A stretch of DNA of 64,000 nucleotides from the human T2T-CHM13v2.0 reference genome, Homo sapiens (GCF_009914755.1 NC_060925.1); one strand, 5' to 3'. Shown: positions 39,356 through 53,293, counted from the first letter of the stretch. Numbers and translations: made by a program. Notes: generated by a model from the sequence alone, not told the origin.

Positions 39356-40274
39356 AAAGATTTAAAGAAGGCCCTTTGAACTCAGAAAATAATGGAAGGT
39401 TTTTATAACACAAAAACGAAGTGGGTCAGGATCTGTTGGAGAATAAAGGGAAGGCAGATGATGATTAAGGAGCTAATGATTGCCAAAGGTCATTTATGTC
39501 TTCATGCTAATTGCGAAGGCAGATTCACAGAGAACTTTAGCATTGGAGAGGGTGCACCTTGAAGGCAGAAGACCAAAAAGGAAACTCTTCGTGATATCTT
39601 GGATAACTTGTCAAACCAACGCCCAAATGCTTTGATAGTGTCTCAATCCTGTTCAGTGCATGGAATCATCAACACAGTTGTTCTGCTCATACAAATTATG
39701 AGCAAAGGAATACTAGTAGGCAGCTCAGGTAAGAAGAGAAGTATTTTTCCCCAAAAAACTTGGCTGCAGCAAACCATTCTATCCCCAGGATGCCTGGAGT
39801 TCGTCGGTGACAGCTGCAGCCCTTTCTGCCTGGAAATATTCTCCTTCTGATGTGGAGGCAGATTGCATTTGCCTGGCTAATCCAGCCATACACTGGAGAA
39901 ATGACGAAAGGCCCAAGCTACCCATATGTCCTATAGATTCCAAAAGAAGACGTGCTACCAACAGGTTTTTTGCCATTGCTTTTTCTGATAATGTCAACAT
40001 CGCCATTATTGTTTGATTAGTTTTCTTTGTACTGAGTCTAAAAGGAATTTCTGCTGAGTGTCTCCAAGATGCCTCAGACATCTCTGGGTACTTTTTGCAG
40101 GACATAACTGAATACTTTTTGTGGAACTTTCCTTAAAGTCAGTTACTTTGTGCTGTATGAAAATATGATGTATCTGTTTTCCCTTTACTGCCCAGTGTTT
40201 CCTATTCTTATAATTTTGTTCTGGTTAGGTTTCCTTTCGCTTTTAAAAAGCCATTGTTTGTACTTTCCCTATTA

Positions 40275-40512
40275 ATAGTATTAGCTCATCTTTGCTGGGG
40301 CTTATGTTGTACCAGGCACTATTTTAAGTATTTTATGTAAATTAATTATTTGAACCCTCATTATGAATCTATGAAGTAGGCACTGTTTTCATTAGACAAA
40401 TGAGGAAACTAAAGTGTGAGGAGCTTAAGGAACTTACCCAAGCAGTACAGCCACGATTCAAAACAGACCTGTCTTACTCCAAAGCATGTTTATTTAGCCA
40501 TGTACTACACTG
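40275..40512 (-). mobile_element. MIR SINE
   Basis: GTACCAGGCACTATTTTAAG...ACAAATGAGGAAACTAAAG..AAGGAACTTACCCAAG. Confidence 0.75.
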
Positions 40513-40799
40513 TATCACAACAAAGATGGCAGTCTGTCTGTCTTGTGCTTGACTCCACCTCTTCTCCAGGGCATTGTCAATTCACCTTCCTTAACATGGA
40601 GGGACTCTACTCAGAATCCTCAGCTCCCCACCAGCCATGGCTCAAGACACCAGCTCCTTTTCTGCCAATTCTAGCCCAATTGATCTCTTCCTTTGCTAAC
40701 AACTTTTGCGTTTGTTGAGAGCACCATACAATTAGCATATATTTTTAAATACCCTATTATCTAATTAGCTGAAATACATAATTTAACACTTTCTCACAG

Positions 40800-41200
40800 T
40801 CATATCTGCCTTCCCAGGTTTTGAAGGTATATCAGACACCTCTTAGGCTTCATCTCATATCCTCTCAACCCACCTTTTTTTCCAACTTTTGCTGCAGCAA
40901 GCAGCTATGCCCAGGTATAACCAGATAAGGATCTTGTCTCAGCTGCACTGTGAATCTGTTCCACGCTCTAGCCTGAGTTTTTCTAAGCTGAATAGATGTC
41001 TGCTGGAATCTCCTGAGCACTCACACATATGCAAACCTAGAATGCAAATCTAGACATTTGAGAGAATTAACATTCCCTGGGGCAACCCTTGACTAATAAA
41101 GATAGGATCTGGTGAGTAGAGCTGCCCTTTCTGGCTTTTGGGCAGAAAACTCTGAGTCACATTCAGAGGCCTACAATAATGACTAGCTTTCTAATGTCTG
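40800..41200 (+). mobile_element. LTR16-like ERVL LTR relic
   Basis: GAATTAACATTCCCTGGGGCAACCCTTGACTAAT...AACTCTGAGTCACATTC; abuts ERV-L internal sequence. Confidence 0.5.
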
Positions 41201-41219
41201 CTTTTATCAGCTTTCTCTA

Positions 41220-42450
41220 TAAGGAGGTATAGGGCCAAGGCATATGGATGGACCTATGAGGATAGGCATAAAGGGTGAGGATTTTTTAAATCCTATGTTA
41301 ATGTCCATGAGCATCCACCATAGTGAATCAATAGAGCATCAACAACCAAGTAGACAGGATGACTTTTGTCTTCTGGATGTCAGTGTCTCTCCATGGCCAT
41401 TCCAGTACTTTTGCAATTGGCTCATTAATGGCATGGCCATGGTGACAGGAGTAGAGACTAGGCATGGACACAACAGTATCAAGTCCTTCTCACCAGGGCT
41501 GATATAGCTCCTGCCATTGCTGAATATTTTTCCTGCCAGAGGACAGGCTGGCATAGATAAGGCACCATCCTCAGAGATACTAGCCAGGCACTTGGTGGCA
41601 AGTTGATGACATCACACCTAATTCCATTATAAGAATTGACACCTAGTTGGATATGGCTTTGCCTTCCCTGATGTCAGTGCTGTTGCTGACACTGCTACCT
41701 GAGGACTTACGGAATGTGTTCTTTACTGAAATGGGAATCCACACAACTGTGCCTCAGACTAAGGGATCCATTTGATGGTAAGAGGGTTGTGACAATGGGC
41801 ACATGATCATGGGATTGATTGATCTTACAATGTACTTCTTCACCTAGAGGCAGCCAGCCTAGTAGAATAATGGAAGAGCCTAGTTAAGGTGCTAGCTTGG
41901 GCATAATACCCTATGGGGTTGAACTGTATACTCCAACATGCAGTATATGCACAGAACAAACAGTGGTGATTTTCTCCTAGCTATAATATATGGGTCCAGG
42001 AATCAACTGGTGGAAATAAGATTGGTTCTTTTCACCATCATTCTCAATGATCCACTTGTGAAACATTTGTTAAGCAATTGACCCCGATTCCTATGAGGAA
42101 ATAGGGTTGCTATTACACAATGGAGGCAATAGGGCAGAAGGGAGTACGTCTAGGACCCAGCGATTTAATGGGGCATCTCTTGGTGATAACTCCAAAGTCC
42201 ATTGATAACTGTAAATTGGCAACTGCAGCAACCTCAGCCCACAGGGGCTAACGCAACCCAGTCCCCTTGTGGGTGAAGGTCTGAGTCACTCTTAGATGAC
42301 TCCTAGGTTGCTGGGAGGCACCCTAGACCAGCTGAGGTGTTGGTAAAGGGTGAGGCAAAACTAGAATAGGGGTGGAAGATGAAGGTGACAAATATTAATT
42401 ATGGCATTGAGATCAGTTGTAGCAGTGAGGACTGGACCTCATTACATTAA
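41220..42450 (+). mobile_element. ERV-L internal fossil: RNase H end, integrase and dUTPase remnants
   Basis: Translated motifs NNQVDRMT (41341), TWWQVDD (41590), GYGFAFP (41649), ASD*GIH (41751), QWAHDHGI (41793) and IDPDSYEEIGLLLHNG (42077); many stops and frameshifts. Confidence 0.9.
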
Positions 42451-42469
42451 CCTTCCTTTATGAAGTCTT

Positions 42470-42970
42470 GAAGGCTCTGTGAAGAAAAATAAAGCAGAGT
42501 AGGGAGACGGAGAATAGCAGGATTGGGTGACTATTTAAAAAGAATGGTCAAGGAAGCTTTCTCCGATTAGGTGACATTTGAGCAGAAACCTAAATGAAGT
42601 AAAGGAGCAAGCCATATGAGTACATAGGACAAGAGCATTCCAGAGAGAGAAAGTAGCAGTCCAGATGTTCTGAAGTGAGAGCATGCTCGGTGTGTTTGAG
42701 GAGGGTAGTGTGGCTGGAAGGGGGCGAGCAAAGGAGGGAAGCAGGAAGAGAAGTGATCAGGAAGGTAACGGGGCTCAAACCATGATGGGCTTTGCAGGTA
42801 GAATGAGGACTTTGGGTCCCATTTTGTGTGAGGTAGGGAGCCATCAGTGGATTCTGAGATGATATGATTTATTTTACATTATATAGAGTCCTCTGCTGCT
42901 CTGTGGATTGGCTATATGAAGTCAAGGAGGGGTGCGGGGAGATCAGTTAGGCCACTACTGTGGTAGCGTG
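42470..42970 (-). mobile_element. L2 LINE fragment
   Basis: GGTGACATTTGAGCAGAAACCTAAATGAAGT...GAGCATTCCAG..AG. Confidence 0.8.
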
Positions 42971-43299
42971 TTTAGATCTCATTTCAGATGGGTTTCTGGG
43001 TGCATAGGGTAAAGGCATGGGGTTGCTGGACATCAGGTCTTGAATTAAGAGTGGTATTACTGTTCTTCAGGGTTGACTTTAAGCTACTCCTGAGTAAAAA
43101 CTAACTCTTCTACTTCTTATAAATCTTTCCTAATACACAGCACAGCCCTATGTGTGTAGTGGTGAATGCGCAGAAAATGCCTGTGATTTTCTCATTTGAA
43201 CATCTACTTAGTCTTTGCGAAGAATCCATAGAAACAATCTGTCTACATTACAACACATAAGTGACATGTGGTTTCCAAGATCAGGCCTATCATTTGAAC

Positions 43300-43575
43300 A
43301 TAAGTACCCAGACCATGTGCTAGGAAATGTGCTCCTTGCTACACACATACCTTCTCTTTTAATCCTCTTAACAACCCTGGCAGGTGAGGTTATTCTTTAC
43401 AAGGTACAGGTGGGGTTATTCTGTATAAGTTATTCATACAAGTTTCTGTATGAAGAAACAGAGACTGGGGGTAGAGGTTGAGTAAATTGCCAATGGTCAT
43501 CAGAGGGTAAGGGACAGAGCTCCAGATCTGAACCAAAAGCTGATTCCAGAGCCCGCGCTTAACATCTCTGAACTG
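43300..43575 (-). mobile_element. MIR SINE
   Basis: TTTAATCCTCTTAACAACCCTG...ATGAAGAAACAGAGACT...GAGCTCCAGATCTGAACC. Confidence 0.65.
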
Positions 43576-44889
43576 CTTATCCACATTCTTTGGTGGCCTA
43601 ATCTTATTTTTATGATCTTTCAGATTCTTCTGACTATGAAAAATAACTAACATTAACAGGAAGAGCTGATTTTTTAAGCCTCATTTGCCTGGAGGAAAAT
43701 AACTAAGGTAATGATTCTATTTGTTTATTAAGATGCCTGTTAGAATGATCCTTTTGCTCCTGGAAAATCATTTGGGCCAATAACAAGAATGGGTGGGCAT
43801 TTTATTCTGAGCTTCTTTGATGATATCTGCTGCAGTTTTCCTGCTGTGTGACTTTTTTTCCCCCAGAAAGCCATAGTACTGCCTTATTCCTACTTTAAAA
43901 AATCATTAGTGTAGTTGCATCACAGAAGAAGGAAAAAAAAAAACAGACGTGTGAGCTGCCCATGAAATAGAGTAGTTTGCCACACATGAGCACAGCCCTT
44001 TTCATGTGCTGGCTGTGAGCCTGTCCTCATGCTGGGGTGGAGAAGCTCATTACTGCTCAGAGTAACCAAGAAACAGGGCCTGGCAAAGAGTAGAGGGAGA
44101 CCAAAGGCCCAGAGTGCTCCCACCAAATTGGATCCTGGAAAGTCTGACACCGGAGCAACTACTAGAGTCACTCGGCAGCCGCTTGCTCGGGCTTTTTACA
44201 GTGAAACTGCAGGGATAAAGGAGGCCATTCTGGTGAACTGGAGCATCGCCCAGTATTTGCCAATGGATAGAAGGGTCACAGGGTTTGAGGCCATGTAGAA
44301 TAACTGATGCAAAAGTAGCAGATACTCGTTTGTCCAGACTGCAAATACCCAGTTTTAATGTCTTGCTGAATCTGCAGCTCTCCTAGAAGCACAATGAAGT
44401 GTCTGCAACTCAGAACACATTTTGTGCCTTGGACACTGCATGTCCCCTTCACTCCTGCTTTCCACTTCTATCTTCTTGGCCACCCTGCCTGTTTGTTTTG
44501 ATGAACTTCTGCCACTGGAGTTGGTATGTCCTGCCTAAATGGCATTTCAGCATGGATTTCCCCAGGTGCCTAGCATCCTTGCCTAGATTAACGTGTCAGT
44601 GGCATATGGTGCAAATGGGCTGTCGTTCAGTCTCAGAATCAGTTTAAAATATCTGCCAGGCTGCTGACTCCTTTGGCATAATGCCTGTGGCCCCAGTGTT
44701 TGAGAAAGGAGAGTAACATTGTCTGAAAATTATTTAGAGTGAATTTTTTCCTCTAAGAGCCAGAATCTGGCTTCCTGTCTTTCCACATTACTCTGTCTCT
44801 CTCTCTCTCATTTCTTATCCCTGGTATCTGAGCAAAAGAAAGAAGCCTATATTCTGATATTGAGTGCCTAGGAGCAGGGAAAATGTTGA

Positions 44890-45243
<354 letters not shown>

Positions 45244-45284
45244 TTGTATTGGTTCCTTTACAGGCTCTTTTTCCATAAAGGGGA

Positions 45285-45480
45285 GTATGTTGCTTTTCAA
45301 ACATTGTTGCATTTGATTCTCTTAAAAGCCCCTGTGTAGGTATTAGCTCCATTTTGCAGATAAAAAAATTGAGGCTCAGACAATTTTTAATGTGGTGAAA
45401 GCATACTACAAAGAAGTAGAAGAATAACAATTCAGACCCAGGTAATCTGACTTCACAGTCCAAAGTCTTTTCACTCTATT
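45285..45480 (-). mobile_element. MIR SINE
   Basis: CCATTTTGCAGATAAAAAAATTGAGGCTCAGA. Confidence 0.65.
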
Positions 45481-46549
45481 AAGTACATGCATTGACCATC
45501 GTCTGAACTGATATTGTGCCCACATCCAAGCCTCTCTGGGGAAGGAGATCTATTTTTACTGCAGTTCAACAGGCAGAGCTCATAGAAGCCTGCGTCTCTG
45601 TAAGCATTGTCAGCAAGTGCTCCTGGCTTCTTCTTGTACAAACTCTTCATCATGCTCTTCTCTCAGTGTGTTTAATGGCGGGTCATTGTTACTGTTTAGT
45701 TGCCTGATGGGTTTCTGGCTCCTAAATCCAAGTAACGAAGCAGATCCTGCTGTCCCTGGGATTATCCCCTCTTGATGAGTGATGACCTCAGGATTGGAGG
45801 CAGCCGACCTGCGGGCAGAGAGAGGGGGATGTCAAAGGTTCCTCCAGCTCAATTTGGATTGATGAACCAGAATAATCCGGGTAGCAGGGCTCATGGAATT
45901 GGCCTCAACTGGCAATCTTTTTCCAGAACTGTTCTTTCTCAATTTTTGTATTTGAGGTGGAGTGTTTCTGCCAATTTCTCACTTACATCCTCTCTTTTCT
46001 ATTATAGGTATTTGGAAAGCACCCTCACTCTCATCTATTGGCTGGATTCATTGTCTCCACAACACCAATCAGATGGACTGCATTCACCAGCTACTCATTT
46101 CCACCTTTATGCTGTACTTTGCTAGAACGTTTCACTTAAAATACCTCCCAGGTCTTTATTCCGTCACCAAAATTCTGCACCTGCTTCAAGGCCCTGCCCA
46201 ATTCATCACCTTCAGGAAATCTCCAAATGAGTCTATCCAACTAATAGCTTCTTTATTCCAAATTCCTTCCAATGATAACAACAACAGCACTTCTTAAAAA
46301 ATTTATAATTGCTAATTTAAATAAGTAATATCATGTGGCCCAACATTTAAATGTACACAGGGTGTACAAATAATCAAAGTGAAAAGTAATTTGTGCTTTT
46401 GTCCCAGCTCCCTAGCTCCCAGCTCACAGGCACTCTGTGACCAGCTCCTTTTGTCTCCTTCTGAGCCTTCCAGAGATATCTTTATATGTATAAGTATATA
46501 TACTTTTAAAAAATGCATCAACAATGTATGAGAATTACTGTTAACATAG

Positions 46550-46785
46550 ATTAGCAATTATTTAAGAGATGCCATGCTAAGCACTTCACATGTATTATTT
46601 CATTGAATCCTCCAACAACTTTATCAGATGGATCCTCATATGATCCATATTTATAAATAAAGAAATAGAGGCTCAGAAAAGTTAAGGAGCTTACCTATGA
46701 TCACCTAGTGATGTAGCAGAGCTGGAATTTGACCCCCGGCTGCCTGACTGCAGAGCCCAAGCTCCTAACCACTGTGCTACTTGCC
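46550..46785 (-). mobile_element. MIR SINE
   Basis: TGCTAAGCACTTCACATGTATTATTTCATTGAATCCTC...GAGGCTCAGAAAAGTTAAG. Confidence 0.8.
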
Positions 46786-46864
46786 TTAAAATGACTCTCT
46801 GATTGTCTCATATACATATGCATCTGGCTTCCCAGCTAAATCAAAGAGTCTTCAAAAACAAAAG

Positions 46865-47090
46865 AAGCAGTGTGGGATAGTGGAAAGAACGTACACTTGG
46901 GAATCAAATCCTGGCTTTGAAACTTACTAGCTATGTGACTACAGGTAAGTTTCTGAAACTCTCTGAATGTCCATGTTCTCATCTGTAAAGTTAGAAAACT
47001 GCTAACCTCATTAGCATTAGAGGGAGGGAGGAGTGTTGTGACCATCAGGGGAGATAAAGAATGTAAAGCATCTGACACATTAGAGGTTTG
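46865..47090 (+). mobile_element. MIR SINE
   Basis: TCAAATCCTGGCT...TACTAGCTATGTGAC...TTCTCATCTGTAAA. Confidence 0.75.
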
Positions 47091-47469
47091 CAGAAATAGT
47101 AGTGACTTTCTCAAGAGCTGTGTCTTTTTAAAAATACATTTGCCTGCTTTAGCTACCCTATGCAAGGTAGAAATGTGCATAGGCAATCCTCATGTGATGT
47201 TTGATATAATATAAACCTGACCTTTCCAGTGGAAAATACCACACAGAAGTCCCTGAAAGTAAATACAAGGCAACAGGCTCTTGTACCTAGGACCCATGGG
47301 GCTAGCTCTAGAGGGAATAGTTGGTCATTTGTTGACTATTCAAAGAAATGTATGGAATAATATACAAGACTGGCCTAATGGTCGTACATATTGTAAATCT
47401 TCACTGAGGTAAACAAGCATAAATGGAATCTAAAGGGGAAAAAAAAACTGAGGAAACACTGTTAGGAAT

Positions 47470-47790
47470 TTTTTCTGGAATATTCTTCCTCCAGACACCC
47501 TCATGGTAACCCTTTCACCTCCTTCTAGTCACCTCCTCAGAGGTCTCTCCTGACCTGCAACCTGTCCCCACTCCCAGTTTATTTTTAATTTTTTCATAAC
47601 ACTTTGCACCTGCAATTATATAATATAATTATCCTGTCTTTTGCATATGTTTTTCATGGTCTGATTCCTCTAGAATGTAAGCTCCCTGAGGGCAGAGGCC
47701 TCGTTGTTTTCATTGATATATCCTGAACACTTCGAATAGTGTCTGGCACATAATGCCTGCTCAATAAATACCTATTGGAGGAATAAATTT
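47470..47790 (+). mobile_element. L2 LINE 3' end
   Basis: CTAGAATGTAAGCTCCCTGAGGGCAG...GTCTGGCACATAATGCCTGCTCAATAAATA. Confidence 0.8.
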
Positions 47791-48639
47791 TTCAGATAAG
47801 AAAGCTGAGGTTAAGAGACTTAGCCTAGATAATTTTGCTAGTTAACAGCAGAGTTAAGATTAGAACTCAGTTTTTCTGCCTGCCAAACCAGTTGTCTTTC
47901 TATTAAATCATATTTTTAAGGATGTAGGAGCATATATGTAGGATTGAGGAAAGATTTGACTATTGAGGAATCCAGAAAAAACTGGAAATCACTGCATATA
48001 GACAAAATAACTGAACCATGAAAGTGACAGTAGGAAAAAAAAAAGCCATAGATGTGGGTGATAATGTTGATTTTCTTCAAAATTTTGTTTAAGTAACTGA
48101 GACTCTGCTGTCAGTTTATCTAGTGAAATAAGATTCATGATCAATATGTGGCAACGGAAATTTCAGACCTCATTATACACAAACTGAAGATTATTCCTTT
48201 GCTGTCACCGTGGCATTTGACACGCCAGTGAAAACAAAAGGAAATCTGTCTCAGATGCCCCTTTTAGCTTTGACAGATGTGGAAATGCATGAGTTTGGAG
48301 AGTTAATTTTTAGTTGGATATTACATGTGAGCATGTCCCAAGATACAGCTAGAGAAACTACCACCATGTTCACAGTTGAGAGCCACAGCCCTAGTGATGC
48401 ACTGAATTTCAGTCCAGGATGTCTACTCCCATCCCTACTTTGTTCTCTTATCTTGAAAGTAAAAGAGGCACTCTGTCTTTTCCCAGGCTAATCTCCCACC
48501 TGAGCTTTTGATCACATCCCTTTCTCCCATCACTTACCCCTCTTTCTTGAATCTTAAATCTGTCTTTTTCCCATATGTGCAAATATGTTCAAATCTCCTC
48601 CATGCTAATGCAAAATTATAAATATCTTCCAGCAATCTC

Positions 48640-49180
48640 TTCAATCAGTAACCTATTGATGTAAAAGCAAAGCACCCCAAAACAGTGGTTTCAAACAGAA
48701 AGAACTTTATTCACAAGTTGATAAGTCATCTGGGCCAGGCTCAGTTGACTTCAGCTGGGCCCGAAATAGTGACTACACACCCTCATGAGGGTGCAGTTAG
48801 CTGGGGGGTCAGCTAGGGCAGGCTGGTCAAGGGCGAGCTCGCTCACATGCCTGGCAATTAAGCAGGTTATTAGTTATGGTGAAGTGGGTGGCTGGGACAC
48901 TGATCACTTATCATCCAGCAATTTAGCTCAGGCTTATTCTCATGGTTGCTGGGCAGGATTTCAAGAGGCAGAGAGAGAGAGAAAGCAGAAATACAAGACC
49001 TCTTGAATTGGCACAAAACCAATTCTTCCTCATTTTATTGGCAAAACCAAGTCACAAGTCCAACCCAGGGGCAAGGAAATAGACTCTACTTTTTGATGGG
49101 AGGAGCTGCAAAGTCACATCACAAAGGATGTGGATTCAGGGAGGGATGGAGAATTAGGGTCAGTTTTGTAATAATCCTAC
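48640..49180 (-). mobile_element. MLT1 (MaLR) LTR nested in L2
   Basis: CACCCCAAAACAGTGGTTTCAAAC...GAAATAGACTCTACTTTTTGATGGGAGGAGCTGCAAAGTCACAT. Confidence 0.75.
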
Positions 49181-50130
49181 AATATCTCTCTTCATCCTTA
49201 AGCTTCAGCCTAAGTGTCTCCTTTCCTTCACATCCGAACTTCCAGAAAGGGTCGTTATCACTAGCCTTGGCTACTTCCTTACCAACCACTCACTCCTCAC
49301 CCAAGATGACCTCATCTTATTTCCGCCATCTCCCTTTTGATGGAACTACTCTCTTTAAAGACAACAATGGATCAAATATCAAATACTATGAACTTTCAGC
49401 TGTCATCTTACTTAACTTCATTGCACAATTTGACCTGTATGGCTATTTTCTCCTGCTTAAAACTCTCCTCCCTTAATGCCTGTGTTCACTCTCTCCTGTC
49501 TCCTTCTATTCCTCTGGCCATTCCTCCTCAGGTCCCTTGGCTGGCTGGTGTCTGTCCTCTGGCTTGTCAATGTTAATGTTTCTGTTGTCTCTTCCCTTTT
49601 CTTCCTTCTCATGTTAAATTCTTTCCAGAATCTAATCTAGTTAGGGGAATACCACCTATATCCATCTTTATTCTAACCTCCTTTTAACCCGCAGGTATAG
49701 TGTCAGTGCCTACTGGATATTGCCATAGGCTCCTCAAACACAACATGTGTCTTCAACTGAGCTTAATATCTTTCTTCCAAAATGTAATTCTGTCTTCACT
49801 TTCTTTGTTAACAGCCTTTCAATTATTTCAATTCATCAAGCTGAAAACAGAGGACTGTCCTTAACTCCTTCTGACCTCGACTTCATACAACCCAAAACAT
49901 TAAGTCCTATCAATTCTACACCCCAAGTATCTCTCAGAGTCACCCCTTCCTCAAGTCCTTGCTACTGCCTGAGTTTAGACTGTCAACCTCTGTTGCCCAG
50001 GCCAATGCAGAGCCTTTCGTCTGCTCCCCTGACCCTCTTCTGCAGCCAGAGATCTTCTGAAATGCAAATCTGTTATTCCTTTGCCTTATACGCTTCCACT
50101 GGCTCACTTCTGCCAAGATAAAATCTAAAC
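49180..50130 (+). mobile_element. L2 LINE ORF2 fragment
   Basis: Pyrimidine-rich; the ORF 48946-49476 ends VILLNFIAQFDLYGYFLLL, a decayed L2 RT motif (LLDLSAAFDTVDH). Confidence 0.7.
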
Positions 50131-50662
50131 CCTTTGGAAAAAAAAAGTACTCCCTCTCATTTTAATAAAAAGAAGTGTTATTATCAGGAAATAGGGGACT
50201 CTCATGAAGCAAGAAGTACGGCCAGATAGCAGGGGAGTTGTCAGGGACAGAGTCCCCCGTGTGCTGGCTCCTCTCTCACTGCCTTCAATATCTTATCTCT
50301 GCTTCTTTCTTTGACTTTACCCCATTCTTCTGAAGACTTTCCCACCCTGTCTCCCTCTGCTTGTTCATCAATGCACATGGCCCCCTATACACATTTTTAA
50401 TCCAAGCCTACCTACCCATCATATCTCTCAGAACAAATTATTGAGAAAGAAAATCTGATTGGCTTATCGCATGAGCCAAATGCTCAATTGGCTGTGACCA
50501 TGAAGGGGTGAGGTTATATGGACAAAACATGACAGCGGTGGAGGCCCACATCTTCAGTGGAAGCTGTAGAGAAGAATGTTCTCAGAGAAGACAGTGTGGG
50601 CTGGGCAGGCAACTCAGACAGGCCCACTCTATTCCTTAATGTGACATATGTTATTTTTCTAG

Positions 50663-51111
<449 letters not shown>

Positions 51112-51378
51112 TAATATCCAATGTCACCTACACTGTGAAGCCTCCCTTGCTCCTGTTAGTTGCTCTGTCTTGTAGGAATGCTTACCACTTTGCACACTTA
51201 GCACTTTCCATTTGCACTCTTAGAATATATATTACACCAAATTGAAATTGTTTGCTCCCTTTGTTAGATTTATGGGCTTTTTTAAATTGGCAGGCACCAT
51301 CCCCAGCATCTGCTATAGTGTTGGGCACATAGAACTGAATGAATTAAAATGTTAAGTGAACAGAGTTTCTAAATCAGT

Positions 51379-52075
51379 TGTATTAATCCATTTTTGCACT
51401 GCTGTAAAGAAATACCTGAGGCCAGGCACAGTGGCTCACACCTGTAATCCCAACACTTTGGGAGGCCAAGGTGGGTAGATCACGAGGTCAGGAGTTCAAG
51501 ACTAGTCTGGCCAACATGGCGAAACCCCATCTCTACTAAAAACACACACACACAAAAAAAATTAGCCAGATGTGGTGGCATGCACCTGTAATACCAGCTA
51601 CTCAGGAGGCTGAGGCAGGAGAATTGCTTGAACCCGGGAGGCGGAGGTTGCAGTGAGCCAAGATTGCACCACTGTACTCTATCTTGGGCAGCACATCAAG
51701 ACTTCATCACAAAAAAAAAAAAAAAAAGAAAATACCTGAGACTGGGTAATTTATAATGAAAAGAGGTTTAATTGGCTCACCGTTCTGCAGGCTGTATAGG
51801 GAGCATAGCTGGGGAGGCCTCAGGAAACTTCAGTCATGATGGAAGGCGAAGCAGGCACATCTTCACACGGCTGGGGCAGGAGAGAGAGAGAGTGAAGGGG
51901 AAGTGCTACACACTTTTAAACAACGAAATCTCGTGAGAACTCACTCACTATCATGAGAACCGCAAGGGGGAAATCCACCCTCATGACCCAATCACCTCCC
52001 ACCAGACCCCTTCTCCAACATTGGGGATTACAATTTGACATGAGGCTTGGGTGGGGACAAATCCAAACCATATCA
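51379..52075 (-). mobile_element. MST (MaLR) solo LTR interrupted by an Alu
   Basis: TGTATTAATCCATT...AAATACCTGAGACTGGGTAATTTATA...CAAACCATATCA; TSD TCAGT/CCAGT. Confidence 0.92.
51421..51729 (+). mobile_element. Full-length Alu (AluSg-like) with (CA)n in the linker
   Basis: TSD AAATACCTGAG at 51410-51420 and 51730-51740. Confidence 0.96.
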
Positions 52076-52076
52076 C

Positions 52077-52190
52077 CAGTGGTTCTCAAAGTGTGTTCCT
52101 GGATCATTAGCATCAGTATCATCTGAAAACTTGTTAGAAATGCAAATTCCTGGGCCCCTCCATGAACATACTAAATAAAAAAACTCTAAG
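52077..52190 (+). mobile_element. MER5A fragment
   Basis: CAGTGGTTCTCAAAGTGTG...CTTGTTAGAAATGCAAATTCCTGGGCCCC. Confidence 0.85.
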
Positions 52191-52197
52191 AGTAGGA

Positions 52198-52666
52198 GTG
52201 GTAGGCACAACCTTGTCCCTTGCCCCCAGATGTCTATGTCCTATACCCTGGGACCTGTGAGTATGCTATGTTCCATGGCAAAAAGGAATTAAGGTTGCAG
52301 ATGGAATTAGGGTGACTGATCAGCTGATTTTAAAATAAAGAGTTTATCCTGGATTATCCAGGTGGGCCTAATGTTATCAAAAGGGTCCGTAATGGCGAAG
52401 AGGGAGATGGAAGGGTCAGAACCAGAAAGATAACATCATGAGAAAGACTTGACCAGCCACTGCTGGCTTTGAGGATGGAAGGGGGCCACTAGCCAAAGAA
52501 TGTAGGCAGGTTCTAGAAACCAGAAAGGGCAAGAAAAGAGATTCCCCTAGAGTCTCCAGAAAGGAATACGGGTCTGTCAAAATCTTGACTTTTGTCAAGT
52601 GAGACCCACTTTAGACTTCTGACCTCCATAACTGTAAGTTAACAAATTGTTGTTGTTTTAAGCCAC
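52198..52666 (+). mobile_element. MLT1D-like MaLR LTR
   Basis: GGAATTAAGGTTGCAGATGGAATTAG...ATCCTGGATTATCCAGGTGGGCC...GTTTTAAGCCAC. Confidence 0.88.
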
Positions 52667-52730
52667 AACATATATTTGATAGGTGAATGAATGAATGAAT
52701 GATAAACAATAAGTCAAACTTGAGGACTTT

Positions 52731-53293
52731 TTATTTTTGTAGATTTAGAGGGTACACGCACAGTTTTGTTACTGGATATATGTGTAGTGGTGAAGTCTGG
52801 GCTTTTAGTGTAACCATCACTCAAGAAGTACACATTGTACCTGTATTCGTCCATTTTCACACTGCTATGAAGATACTACCTGAGACTGGGTAATTTATAA
52901 ACAAACGAGGTTTAATTGACTCACAGTGCCACATGGCAGGGAGCTGGGAGGCCTCAGGAAACTTACAGTCATGGCAGAAGGGGAAGCAGACACCTTCTTC
53001 ACAAAGCAGCAGGAGAGAGAAGTGTGAGCACAGGAAAAACTGCCACTTGCAAATCCATCAGATCTCGTGAGACTCCCTGTCACGAGAACAGCATGGGGGA
53101 AACTGCCTCCTTAATCCAATCACTTCCCTCCCTTGACATGTGAGGATTACACATGGGAATTACAACTCAAGATGAGATTTGTGTGGGGACACAGAGCCAA
53201 ACCATGTCAGTACCCAATAAGTAATTTCTCATCCCTTACTTCCTTCCCACTCTCCCACCTTTTGAAGTCTCCAGTGTCTCTTACTCAACTCTC
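52731..53293 (-). mobile_element. Short L1PB-type 3' end interrupted by a THE1 LTR
   Basis: AGATTTAGAGGGTAC...GGTGAAGTCTGGGCTTTTAGTGTAACCATCAC; 13-bp TSD ACTTGAGGACTTT at 52718-52730 and 53294-53306. Confidence 0.88.
52842..53209 (-). mobile_element. THE1D/MST-like MaLR solo LTR
   Basis: TGTATTCGTCCATTTTCACACTGCT...CCAAACCATGTCA; 5-bp TSD GTACC at 52837-52841 and 53210-53214. Confidence 0.93.

Noticed and set aside
48946-49476. 176-aa ORF
   Set aside because: Chance read-through across an MLT1 LTR and a decayed L2
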